DNA of 64,000 nucleotides from Candidatus Woesearchaeota archaeon (GTDB lineage: Archaea > Nanobdellota > Nanobdellia > Pacearchaeales > GW2011-AR1): NCBI GenBank assembly GCA_964559675.1, contig CAZLHJ010000001.1:56285-120284 (forward strand), written 5' to 3'. The notes under the pieces were generated by a model. The model had not been told where the DNA came from. It saw nothing but the letters and a program-made list of their open reading frames with translations, and did no database searches. Below, piece by piece: positions 1 through 7,798 of this stretch (position 1 is its first letter; each line of letters begins with the position of its first letter). The position numbers and the translations under genes were made by a program.

Positions 1-160
1 TAATATAATCTTCAAATTCAACCCCTAATTTTTGCTTAAAGTTTTCTTTAACATCTATCTCAGTAATTACTCCAAATCCTTCCTTTTTCAGAGCTTCTTT
101 AACTAAACTAATTACCTCATTAAATTCTATTTCAAGCTCGATTTTATCTCCAATTCTCAT
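1..160 (-). CDS. DUF302-family protein, 5' portion only (gene runs off window start)
   Basis: Reverse-strand translation from ATG at 160-158 gives MRIGDKIELEIEFNEVISLVKEALKKEGFGVITEIDVKENFKQKLGVEFEDYI, matching the DUF302 pattern GFGV..EID....F...LG.....Y.ILG. Start overlaps the stop of the upstream cupredoxin gene (ATGA). Confidence 0.5.
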   Translation of the reverse strand, partial: MRIGDKIELEIEFNEVISLVKEALKKEGFGVITEIDVKENFKQKLGVEFEDYI

Positions 161-588
161 TCTACGATTATCTTCCCTGTACCCATTCCCATTGAGCATG
201 CAAAAGTGTAAGTCCCTTTCTTTGTAGGTGTGAACTCAACTGTATCTTGAGGAGTTCTCAAATATTCTCTAACTCCAAATTCTCTAATTGTGAAATCTCT
301 AAAGCATCCATATACACTAGAGTCTAAAGATATACTAACTGGCTGATTAACTTTAACTTTAACTGTATTAGGGTAATAATTATAATTTTTCATTCCGATA
401 ACCACTTCTTGAATTTCACCACTCCCAGAATTTCCAGAGCCAATTAAATCTTCTCCTCTAGATTCTCCAGAACCTAACATAATGTATCCTGCTATGATTA
501 TCACGACAAATATTCCTATCAAATACAAAGTATTCTTTTTAATTTTCATTGGAATAACACACTCCTCGGACCAAACACAATCATCCAT
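157..588 (-). CDS. cupredoxin-like domain protein, N-terminal membrane anchor
   Basis: N-terminal TM helix. C-terminal domain YYPNTVKVKVNQPVSI...TFACSMGMG resembles the cupredoxin_1 fold (PF13473-like: PGtYeyyCs...). Confidence 0.55.
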   Translation of the reverse strand: MDDCVWSEECVIPMKIKKNTLYLIGIFVVIIIAGYIMLGSGESRGEDLIGSGNSGSGEIQEVVIGMKNYNYYPNTVKVKVNQPVSISLDSSVYGCFRDFTIREFGVREYLRTPQDTVEFTPTKKGTYTFACSMGMGTGKIIVE

Positions 589-1229
589 GTAGTAATAATA
601 GTAAGAACAAAACTCAATATAATTGTTATCATATTATCTTCAGTATGCTCTCTTTCTCTTCCACGTGTTTCAGTATAAATCATATAATTAAGCCCAATCA
701 CAATAATTGCAGATATAAACCAAACAACTATTCCTGCTAATTTCAAATTATCATTAATCATCATCACTGCAGTCATAGCACCCATTAATCCGCCCATGAA
801 TCCTGCCATTGTTCCCTCCATGAAACCCATAACTCCACAACATTTCCCATTCCAAATACCAAATAAAATTCCGCTTGACATTCCTATAATGCTTCCCCAG
901 AACATTCCATTAGTAGAAGCAACAAAAAATCCTGGAAGAAATCCTGCAATCATTCCAATTGTCATTCCAATCATCATTCCAGACATACACGCGAAATGTT
1001 TGTAAGCTCTAACCTGCCTTACAGAAGGAAGTATAATAGCATAACTCAAGATTGCAAAAAAGATGAAAAAGCCATACTTAGGAATAAAGCTATCTATTTC
1101 TCTAAGCTTCATAAAATATAAAATGCTTAAAACTATAAACGAAGTAAGTAGTGAAATGAATACGGTTTTTACCAATTCGCCCTCAACCCCATCATTATTC
1201 AGAGATTTTACAAATTCTTTAAACGACAT
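546..1229 (-). CDS. Met/Gly-rich polytopic membrane protein (possible Cu(I)-handling)
   Basis: Multiple TM helices carrying repeated M-x-G-M motifs (MSGMMIGMTIGMIAG, GMFWGSIIGMSSG, GVMGFMEGTMAGFMGGLMGAM). The 5' end overlaps the next gene; the true start may be an internal Met. Confidence 0.5.
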   Translation of the reverse strand: MSFKEFVKSLNNDGVEGELVKTVFISLLTSFIVLSILYFMKLREIDSFIPKYGFFIFFAILSYAIILPSVRQVRAYKHFACMSGMMIGMTIGMIAGFLPGFFVASTNGMFWGSIIGMSSGILFGIWNGKCCGVMGFMEGTMAGFMGGLMGAMTAVMMINDNLKLAGIVVWFISAIIVIGLNYMIYTETRGREREHTEDNMITIILSFVLTIITTWMIVFGPRSVLFQ

Positions 1230-1260
1230 AAATTTAATAAAAAAATCAATTATTTAAGTG

Positions 1261-1290
1261 CTTGGGTGAAACTAGTTTCGGATATAAAAT
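1261..1290. promoter_or_regulatory. conserved operator-like element containing palindrome GAAACTAGTTTC (copy 1)
   Basis: GCTTGGGTGAAACTAGTTTCGGATATAAAAT lies about 40 bp upstream of the start of 546..1229. A near-identical element is at 5114..5145. Confidence 0.5.
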
Positions 1291-1482
1291 TTATTTTCCG
1301 TATCCTCCTTCCTTCATCCAATCTTTTTTCATCTGTTCTTTAGAAGTTTTATCTTTTTCAATATGCATATTAGTGCTAGGAGCTTTCCCCCTTTGTCTTG
1401 AACTTCCTTTATTGTCTTTCTCTTTCCTTTTTTTCACATTTCTTCTCGCCCCAGAAGTAAGATGTTTTCCTTTATGCCTCAT
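1291..1482 (-). CDS. small highly basic protein (hypothetical)
   Basis: 63-aa Lys/Arg-rich ORF inside the cluster; no recognisable domain. Confidence 0.3.
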   Translation of the reverse strand: MRHKGKHLTSGARRNVKKRKEKDNKGSSRQRGKAPSTNMHIEKDKTSKEQMKKDWMKEGGYGK

Positions 1483-1526
1483 TAATATTGATGGGATAAC
1501 GACAATAAATCATTTCGTATTATTTT

Positions 1527-2033
1527 TTATACATCAATCTTACAAATTCCGACAATAGATTTACTAGTGAGATAAATCGAAAGTAATAAAATTAAAATTC
1601 CAACTAATTGTAATTCAATCCCTTTAAACGGAAAATAAGTAAGTGCGAGAGGCATCCCAATCAAACCAAATAAAAATGCTCCACATGTAGGGCATCCGAC
1701 ACCGAAAGCACTAACTCCAGATATAATAAATCCAAAAAAACCTTTCTTCTCTACTTTCTTATAATTATTAAATTTAAATAAAATCATAGAAAATAAAATC
1801 CCAGATAATCCAGATATAAACAATATGCTCATTATGCTCGCGCTCACAAATAATTCTCCAGACATCATGGCAGATATCCAAATGCTATAATTGGCTACTT
1901 TTGATACAAGTAAATAATAAAGAAAAGAAAAAGAAATTAATCCAAAAATTAAACCTATTACTTTATATTTCCAATTACTAAAAACTAAATTCATAGATTT
2001 TTGAACACATTCAAATCGTTTCATTCTAAACAC
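1527..2033 (-). CDS. membrane protein with intramembrane CPTCG (CxxC) motif
   Basis: Four to five TM helices; GVGCPTCGAFLFGLIGMP sits inside a helix. Overlaps the neighbouring genes. Confidence 0.5.
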   Translation of the reverse strand: MFRMKRFECVQKSMNLVFSNWKYKVIGLIFGLISFSFLYYLLVSKVANYSIWISAMMSGELFVSASIMSILFISGLSGILFSMILFKFNNYKKVEKKGFFGFIISGVSAFGVGCPTCGAFLFGLIGMPLALTYFPFKGIELQLVGILILLLSIYLTSKSIVGICKIDV

Positions 2034-2233
2034 TCCTTGTAGATATTAGGATGGTGGCCCATATGTTCTCTCCATTCTTCGTCAGTATATCCTGGTGGAG
2101 TTTGACATCTCTCATCAACAGATTTTCCAGAATCTCTCCAAGCCTGTATTATTCCTGGGAAAAAGGTTAAGATTAACAATGATAAAATTAATACACCCAT
2201 AACTACATAGATAATTATTTCTTTTTTATTCAT
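2021..2233 (-). CDS. small single-TM protein with C-terminal Cys/His-rich tail
   Basis: TM helix followed by ...ERCQTPPGYTDEEWREHMGHHPNIYKECLE. ATGA overlap with the downstream gene. Confidence 0.4.
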   Translation of the reverse strand: MNKKEIIIYVVMGVLILSLLILTFFPGIIQAWRDSGKSVDERCQTPPGYTDEEWREHMGHHPNIYKECLE

Positions 2234-2694
2234 TTTTTGCCCCCTTTCATTTTCATTAAATGATTTCTCATAATAAATATTCCAAATAGATTAGAGACAA
2301 TTCCCAAAACTAAAAACCAGTCTTGATATTTAGTTACGAATATAGCTAACCCTGAAAATCCTACAAATGGAATCACATTAAATAAGAAATGACTACAACA
2401 AGCTAACATGCTTCCAGCTGATACTCCTCCCGTTCCAATTGCTGTTCCGGTTACTTGGGCAGAATGCCTTATTGCACTAAAAATTCCAATCTGAGCTCCA
2501 AATCCAATAGCAAGGGGAAAAAATAAGAACCATTTGCTTCTTAAACTCAAGAGAGCAAACTCAAAACCTTGAAAGATAGAAACGATAGAAACATAAAAAA
2601 TTAATAATCCAAGCCCAGCTAACAACCCAATTAAAACAGGTTTATTCATTTCTCCTTTTTCACTCTTTTCAACATTACAACAATCCATTACCAA
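2230..2694 (-). CDS. membrane protein, N-terminal MDCC and intramembrane ACCSH motif
   Basis: Begins MVMDCCNVEKSE; polytopic; carries GSMLACCSHFLF. Confidence 0.5.
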   Translation of the reverse strand: MVMDCCNVEKSEKGEMNKPVLIGLLAGLGLLIFYVSIVSIFQGFEFALLSLRSKWFLFFPLAIGFGAQIGIFSAIRHSAQVTGTAIGTGGVSAGSMLACCSHFLFNVIPFVGFSGLAIFVTKYQDWFLVLGIVSNLFGIFIMRNHLMKMKGGKK

Positions 2695-3131
2695 TTTTTA
2701 CAACACTCCACTATTTTTTTCATAACTTTTCCAACTTTCCCATTAGATCTATAAAAATAAATTAATCCAAATAAAATCCAAACTACTAACGCAATAACTC
2801 CTTCCTGAATTAAATTTTCAAGAGTGAGTATATAATATCCTATTAATAACAATGTTAAAATGAAAGGTAACCTAAATACCAATAATTCTTTCCGTGCCTT
2901 TTTCTCAAAAGTATAAAATATACCTAATAAAGTCATACCTATCATTATCCCAATCAATAATAAATTATTAAACAGTCCTTGATAAAATAAAACTAATAAA
3001 ATTATCCAAGTTAATGAAAAAGCTAAACAAATTGAACAAATACCTTCTTTTGTTTTTTTAGGAAGAAATTCCCTAAATATTAATATTAAAAAAAATAAGC
3101 CGATTATTAAAAATAATATCTTCTCAATCAT
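2688..3131 (-). CDS. membrane protein, C-terminal ECC motif
   Basis: Polytopic; ends KKIVECCKNW. Overlaps the flanking genes by 4 to 7 bp. Confidence 0.45.
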   Translation of the reverse strand: MIEKILFLIIGLFFLILIFREFLPKKTKEGICSICLAFSLTWIILLVLFYQGLFNNLLLIGIMIGMTLLGIFYTFEKKARKELLVFRLPFILTLLLIGYYILTLENLIQEGVIALVVWILFGLIYFYRSNGKVGKVMKKIVECCKNW

Positions 3132-3646
3132 GTTAAATTTAATTGAATTAAACCTCCAATTATTATTAACATAATTAATGTAAGAAGAGTTCCTTGAAAT
3201 GGAATTATCTTTCCGTTCCTTGCCTTAGTTATCTTTCTACTTAATGTAGGCGAGATAAATACAATCAATGCCCCGAGTAAGCTAGCTCCCAATGAATAAT
3301 CTACTGCATAGGTAGTTCCATATTCTCCCATGAAAGACAAATATAATGGTCCAATCGCCTTGAAAATTGGAAGCAAAGGTAACAAGGTAGCTAAGAAAAC
3401 TACTATAATGATTACACTCTTTTGATATGGGATATATTTCTTATTAACTAATCTAGAGAACCACATTCCCATAGACATCGAAAATGCTCCAATAAATAAA
3501 GCAACTACTACTTTACTCACTCCAAGCCAAACTGCCCCTGCAGCAGCCGCTCCCGCTCCAATTGTGCATAATGGACAATGAGCCATTACACTACTAGCTA
3601 AGAAAATAGGAATTAAAAAAATAAAAAATAATTTTTTAAATGCCAT
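3128..3646 (-). CDS. membrane protein with HCPLC (CxxC) motif in first TM helix
   Basis: MAFKK...SSVMAHCPLCTIGAGAAAAG; polytopic. Confidence 0.5.
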   Translation of the reverse strand: MAFKKLFFIFLIPIFLASSVMAHCPLCTIGAGAAAAGAVWLGVSKVVVALFIGAFSMSMGMWFSRLVNKKYIPYQKSVIIIVVFLATLLPLLPIFKAIGPLYLSFMGEYGTTYAVDYSLGASLLGALIVFISPTLSRKITKARNGKIIPFQGTLLTLIMLIIIGGLIQLNLT

Positions 3647-3647
3647 C

Positions 3648-4121
3648 TTAAATTCTCATGAACTCCTGATAGCTTCCATCATTATTTACTGAATAAATGA
3701 CAAAGTCTCCTCTTTTATTTCCAGGCATTCCCGGAGATCCTTCAGGCATTCCAGGCATAGCAATTCCCTTTATATTAGGTTTTTCTGAGAGCAATTTCTC
3801 AACTGCCTCTAAAGGTATATGTCCTTCAACAAAATAATCTCCTATAATTGTCGTGTGACAACTTCTAAGTTCATTAGGAACCCCATACTTATCTTTAATA
3901 GGGTCTACACTTTGCCCATTAATCTCTTCCGCTTTAAGTGTCCCCTTCCTCTGGAAATAATTGACATATACGTCACAACATCCGCATGTAATTGATTTGT
4001 ATATTTTTACATCCACTTGTGCATCAATATTTTCAAAAGAACCTGAACTCTTTCCATTTAAGGCAAAAAATCCTAAAATAAGGATGACTACAACTCCAAT
4101 AAGTAAATAAGTTTTTTTCAT
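3648..4121 (-). CDS. DUF411/CopG-family copper-binding protein (secreted or membrane-anchored)
   Basis: Signal anchor followed by YKSITCGCCDVYV, GVPNELRSCHTTIIGDYFVEGHIPLEAVEKLLSEKPNIKGIAMPGMPEGSPGMP. This is the CxCC, SCHT and GH(I/V)P signature of DUF411/CopG proteins from copper-resistance operons. Confidence 0.85.
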   Translation of the reverse strand: MKKTYLLIGVVVILILGFFALNGKSSGSFENIDAQVDVKIYKSITCGCCDVYVNYFQRKGTLKAEEINGQSVDPIKDKYGVPNELRSCHTTIIGDYFVEGHIPLEAVEKLLSEKPNIKGIAMPGMPEGSPGMPGNKRGDFVIYSVNNDGSYQEFMRI

Positions 4122-4130
4122 TTTATAATT

Positions 4131-4367
4131 TTAGCAACCTCCTACCATTCCGCCGTACGATGATGCTGCACTTTTTGCAACACTTGTTGCACTCTGAACT
4201 CCAGAGCTTCCAACTGCACCTGCCTTGAATGTAAGGAATAATGCCAAAAAGAATAATGCAGCTATAACTATCCACATTATAATTCTTCTATCCATTCTAA
4301 AATTTCCTCCTTTCACTTTAATTTCTTTACAACAATTATCTTCTTCTTTAGTCTTACAACAATCCAT
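4131..4367 (-). CDS. small Cys-rich single-TM protein with C-terminal GGMVGGC
   Basis: MDCCKTKEEDNCCKEIK, one TM helix, a Gly/Ser/Ala linker, and the C-terminal ...SSYGGMVGGC*. Shares this terminus with 4413..5084. Confidence 0.5.
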   Translation of the reverse strand: MDCCKTKEEDNCCKEIKVKGGNFRMDRRIIMWIVIAALFFLALFLTFKAGAVGSSGVQSATSVAKSAASSYGGMVGGC

Positions 4368-4412
4368 GTTACATTAAATGGGAAACGGATGCTACCCAAT
4401 AAAAAAACAAAT

Positions 4413-5084
4413 TTAGCATCCTCCGACCATACCTCCTCCAGATGATTTACCTTGTTCAATCCCTCTGTATAAATTAGAAGCTAAATTGACATAATCTTTT
4501 GAATCTATTCCGTTTGCTTCTAAGACTTGAGCTTTCTGTTCATGAATCCCTGGGAAGAATAACACTTTCCACTTTCCAAGTTCAGATAAGATCTCTAAGT
4601 CGCTCATTTCAGGATTATTAATAAGCAAATATTTAGCTAGTCCTCTCATAGCATAACTATGTGCGCAACCGCATGCTCTTTGCCCATTACTAAATATAAT
4701 TGAATCAGCTCCACAGCAGTATTCACAACTAATTGAACCTGCAATTCTAATATACCTCTCCATCTGTTCAGAATTTAATTCTAAGTCTTCATGTTGAGAT
4801 AATTTCTTTATAGTTGAGTCCGCTAATCTAGGATTTGAAGCAGAAACATCATCATATTTGACCCCAAGTTTCTCACCATATACTGCAGGAACTCCGGTTG
4901 GAATTATGTCTGAAGCAGAAACGGTTCCTACTCCAGTGGCTACTGATCCTCCAGAACCTCCAGTATAAATTCTTCCAGCATTAAATACTAAGACTAAAGC
5001 TAGTATCGCAATAATGCCGAGTTGAATATAAAATTCAGTATTGGTCTTTTCCCCTCCTTTCATTTCACTTTTATGTGTTTTCAT
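4413..5084 (-). CDS. membrane-anchored Cys-rich protein with C-terminal GGMVGGC
   Basis: N-terminal TM helix, a GS-rich linker, the Cys cluster SCEYCCGADSIIFSNGQRACGCAH, and the C-terminus ...KSSGGGMVGGC*. Confidence 0.55.
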   Translation of the reverse strand: MKTHKSEMKGGEKTNTEFYIQLGIIAILALVLVFNAGRIYTGGSGGSVATGVGTVSASDIIPTGVPAVYGEKLGVKYDDVSASNPRLADSTIKKLSQHEDLELNSEQMERYIRIAGSISCEYCCGADSIIFSNGQRACGCAHSYAMRGLAKYLLINNPEMSDLEILSELGKWKVLFFPGIHEQKAQVLEANGIDSKDYVNLASNLYRGIEQGKSSGGGMVGGC

Positions 5085-5113
5085 GCTTTCTCAAAGAAAT
5101 AAAAATTATATAA

Positions 5114-5145
5114 GCGCTTTTGTGAAACTAGTTTCAATATCAAAA
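5114..5145. promoter_or_regulatory. conserved operator-like element containing palindrome TGAAACTAGTTTCA (copy 2)
   Basis: GCTTTTGTGAAACTAGTTTCAATATCAAAAG sits in the divergent spacer between 4413..5084 (-) and the regulator 5190..5678 (+). Confidence 0.5.
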
Positions 5146-5189
5146 GCTAAAAACGAAAAGTTCTTAAACCCTAAATTCTCCTCGATAAT

Positions 5190-5678
5190 ATGGAAAACAA
5201 GTTTGTAGGTTATCTTTTATTAGGGATCTCAATATTATTTATAATCATAATTCTAATGTTTAATTCAACTTTAAAGGAAATAATTTCCTCATCTTGTGGA
5301 GCAGAACATTCAATTGTTTGTCCTATGAATCAAACAGTAAATCAACAAACTTATCTTGCATTAAGTATTGTAGGATTACTATTAATTGTAGGCACAGTAT
5401 TAATATTTTCAAAACCTCAAAAAGAAATAATCTTTAAAACAAAAACCATAGAGAAAAAAGCTCAAAAGAAGAAGATAGATACTTCAGAATTAAAATCAGA
5501 AGAAAAATCAGTCTTTGAGTTAATTCAGAATAATAAGGCAGTGTTCCAAGCAGATTTGATTGAAAAGACTGGATTCGGAAAAGCAAAAATGACTCGAATT
5601 ATAGACCGATTAGAAGGCCGTGGTTTAGTCGAAAGAAAAAGACGTGGAATGACGAATGTTGTTGTCTTGAAGGAATAA
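5190..5678 (+). CDS. membrane-anchored winged-helix (MarR/TrmB-like) transcriptional regulator
   Basis: N-terminal TM helix, an extracytoplasmic segment with two Cys (SSSCGAEHSIVCP), a second TM helix, then a C-terminal wHTH: SVFELIQNNKAVFQADLIEKTGFGKAKMTRIIDRLEGRGLVERKRRG. Confidence 0.7.
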   Translation: MENKFVGYLLLGISILFIIIILMFNSTLKEIISSSCGAEHSIVCPMNQTVNQQTYLALSIVGLLLIVGTVLIFSKPQKEIIFKTKTIEKKAQKKKIDTSELKSEEKSVFELIQNNKAVFQADLIEKTGFGKAKMTRIIDRLEGRGLVERKRRGMTNVVVLKE

Positions 5679-5680
5679 AT

Positions 5681-6295
5681 TTACCTAGACACAAAAACAA
5701 TATCTTCATCAGTGCCGTTTGATCTTCTAGCTTTTTCAAAAACTTTCTTTTTAATCTTAAGATCTTTCTCAGGCAAATATGGTCCAGAATTATTCACATA
5801 AATATATTCATCGTCATATCCAGTTATCGGAACAAAATGCCCATTATATTTATCTTCACTTCCACCAAGAATAATATTCCAATTCAATAAAACAAACGAG
5901 ACGCAATTCTCAGAAATCTTTTCTTCTATTTCTTTTAACTCCAATTGCTTCTCAAATAATTGAACTCCTGCAGATTTACTCTCCTCAATCAATCTATTTA
6001 CTTTTTCTTTTAATTCTTCTAATCCCTCAGTCTTTTGCTTATAATAATCTAGATTGAAGTGTTCTGGATTAAATTCTAAAACCTTTGAGAAAAATTCAAC
6101 TCTAAATCCAGATAATGAAAGTGCCTTTGCTAATCCTAAAGTGGTAGTTGCCCCTCCCCTTTCAGGATAGATAATCTCTTTATTTTTTCTTCATTGAATT
6201 CCTTGCCAAAATAAGAAAAAATCATCTTTAATGTAATCGGGCCACAATCATTAGAATTTTCTGGCTGAATATAAAGGGGAATATCTAATTTCATA
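5681..6295 (-). pseudogene. C39-like (BtrH/papain-fold) cysteine peptidase interrupted by a 1-nt frameshift in a T7/A7 run
   Basis: Upstream frame: MKLDIPLYIQPENSNDCGPITLKMIFSYFGKEFNEE (the C39_2 catalytic-Cys motif QxxNDCGP). Downstream frame, which is the listed ORF 5681..5992: ...GHFVPITGYDDEYIYVNN (the His motif). The two frames meet at tattttttct, 6181..6190. Confidence 0.7.
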
Positions 6296-6388
6296 ACTCT
6301 TTCAATTTAATTTCATATATAAGAATTTCCATATTCGTCATAAAAAAACATCTAGATTTTAAGAAAGATTTTTGTTCTATTTTTACTA

Positions 6389-7354
6389 ATGAATTTTAAA
6401 AAATATTTTGATAGGGTGCAAAATTCCGGAACTGCCTTAGTTATCTTATTCATAGCATCACTCTTATTTTTTTATTTCATCTCAGATATAGTATTCACAA
6501 TTCTAGGTGGAATCATAATCGCCATAATTCTTTCTACACTAATATCTTTCACTTCCAGAAAAACTAATCTCTCGTGGATGTTTAGTTTTATAATCGTATT
6601 GTTTATAGTCCTCATAGTTTTAGGTTCCATTTCATATTATTTATCTTCAACAATAATTTCACAATCCACTCAGCTTTTCAGCGAAATCTCTTCCCAAGCA
6701 ACAAATCTATTATCAGAAATAGAAACTAGGTTCGGAATATCTATCTCTAATTTAGATTTCTTCAATCTTATTAGGGACGTATTATCCAACAATCTTATCT
6801 TTTCAGTTCTTACTTATCTTTCATTATTTCTTATTGCAATTTTCTTAGGGATTTATTTCTCATACTCTCCCAATGATTACTTCAACGATTTCAATAAGAA
6901 TGGAAAAATGAAATCTGCGCTTCTAAGGTCCAGAAAGGAATTAAAGAATTGGGTTATCGGCACATTATACTCTATGATTATAATTGGAACAGTTACAACT
7001 ATCGCATTATTAATCTTAGATGTAAGATACGCTATAGTTTTAGGATTATTAGCGGGCCTCCTCGAATTTATCCCATATGTAGGTCCAATCATCTCATGGG
7101 TTCCAGCTTTTATTATAACTGTAGTTCAAGACCCAATTTTAGGAGCTTACATAACTATCTTATATATTGGAATTCAACAACTTGAAAGTCATCTAGTGGT
7201 TCCAATTGTTCAAAAAAGAATGGTTTATCTCGAACCAGGCTACATCTTAATTGCAGAATTGTTCTTCGGACTCATATTCGGATTCTTTGGATTATTATTC
7301 GCAGTTCCGACAGTAGTTGTCTTAAGGGCAATATATCAAGAGCTCAGAAAATAA
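6389..7354 (+). CDS. AI-2E family transporter (PerM/UPF0118)
   Basis: Eight-TM topology and the characteristic C-terminal IPYVGPIISWVPAFIITVVQDP motif. Confidence 0.7.
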   Translation: MNFKKYFDRVQNSGTALVILFIASLLFFYFISDIVFTILGGIIIAIILSTLISFTSRKTNLSWMFSFIIVLFIVLIVLGSISYYLSSTIISQSTQLFSEISSQATNLLSEIETRFGISISNLDFFNLIRDVLSNNLIFSVLTYLSLFLIAIFLGIYFSYSPNDYFNDFNKNGKMKSALLRSRKELKNWVIGTLYSMIIIGTVTTIALLILDVRYAIVLGLLAGLLEFIPYVGPIISWVPAFIITVVQDPILGAYITILYIGIQQLESHLVVPIVQKRMVYLEPGYILIAELFFGLIFGFFGLLFAVPTVVVLRAIYQELRK

Positions 7355-7402
7355 CTTGTTTAGAAAAATTAATTTTAAATACCATTAAATCTTAGATATT
7401 AA

Positions 7403-7798
7403 ATGCAAAAAGAGGAACCAGAGCCCAGAAACTATGACTCGACCCAAAATTTTGCAGACGCTTTTAGATCTATTTGGACAGGAATAAAAACAACTACTAT
7501 TTATGCAACAATTAGTTTAGGATTATTAGCTGGAGGAGGTTATATCGGTAATAAAATAATTAATCATTATTCTGATAAAATTACACAAGAAATAAAAGCA
7601 GAAACTGAATCTTTAGACTCGTCTCGTCAAAATATCTACAGATTACAAGATTCTTTGGAATCTCAAGAAAATAAAAACAAGAAGCTATTAGAACAATCTT
7701 CTTCAAACCTCCAAGGTTTAGAATTATTAGTAAAAGATCTCAACAATAAATTGGGACATACAAATGATTTAATTGCAAATAATTCAGAGAAAAATTAA
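7403..7798 (+). CDS. hypothetical membrane-anchored coiled-coil protein
   Basis: One TM helix followed by Gln/Ser/Leu-rich heptad-like sequence. Confidence 0.4.
   Translation: MQKEEPEPRNYDSTQNFADAFRSIWTGIKTTTIYATISLGLLAGGGYIGNKIINHYSDKITQEIKAETESLDSSRQNIYRLQDSLESQENKNKKLLEQSSSNLQGLELLVKDLNNKLGHTNDLIANNSEKN

Noticed and set aside
796-1558. Plus-strand ORFs 796..1005, 1063..1257 and 1262..1558 inside or antisense to the Met-rich membrane gene and the small basic gene
   Set aside because: They are Pro/Ile-rich or low-complexity antisense translations of AT-rich coding DNA with no motifs, and they conflict with the better-supported minus-strand genes.
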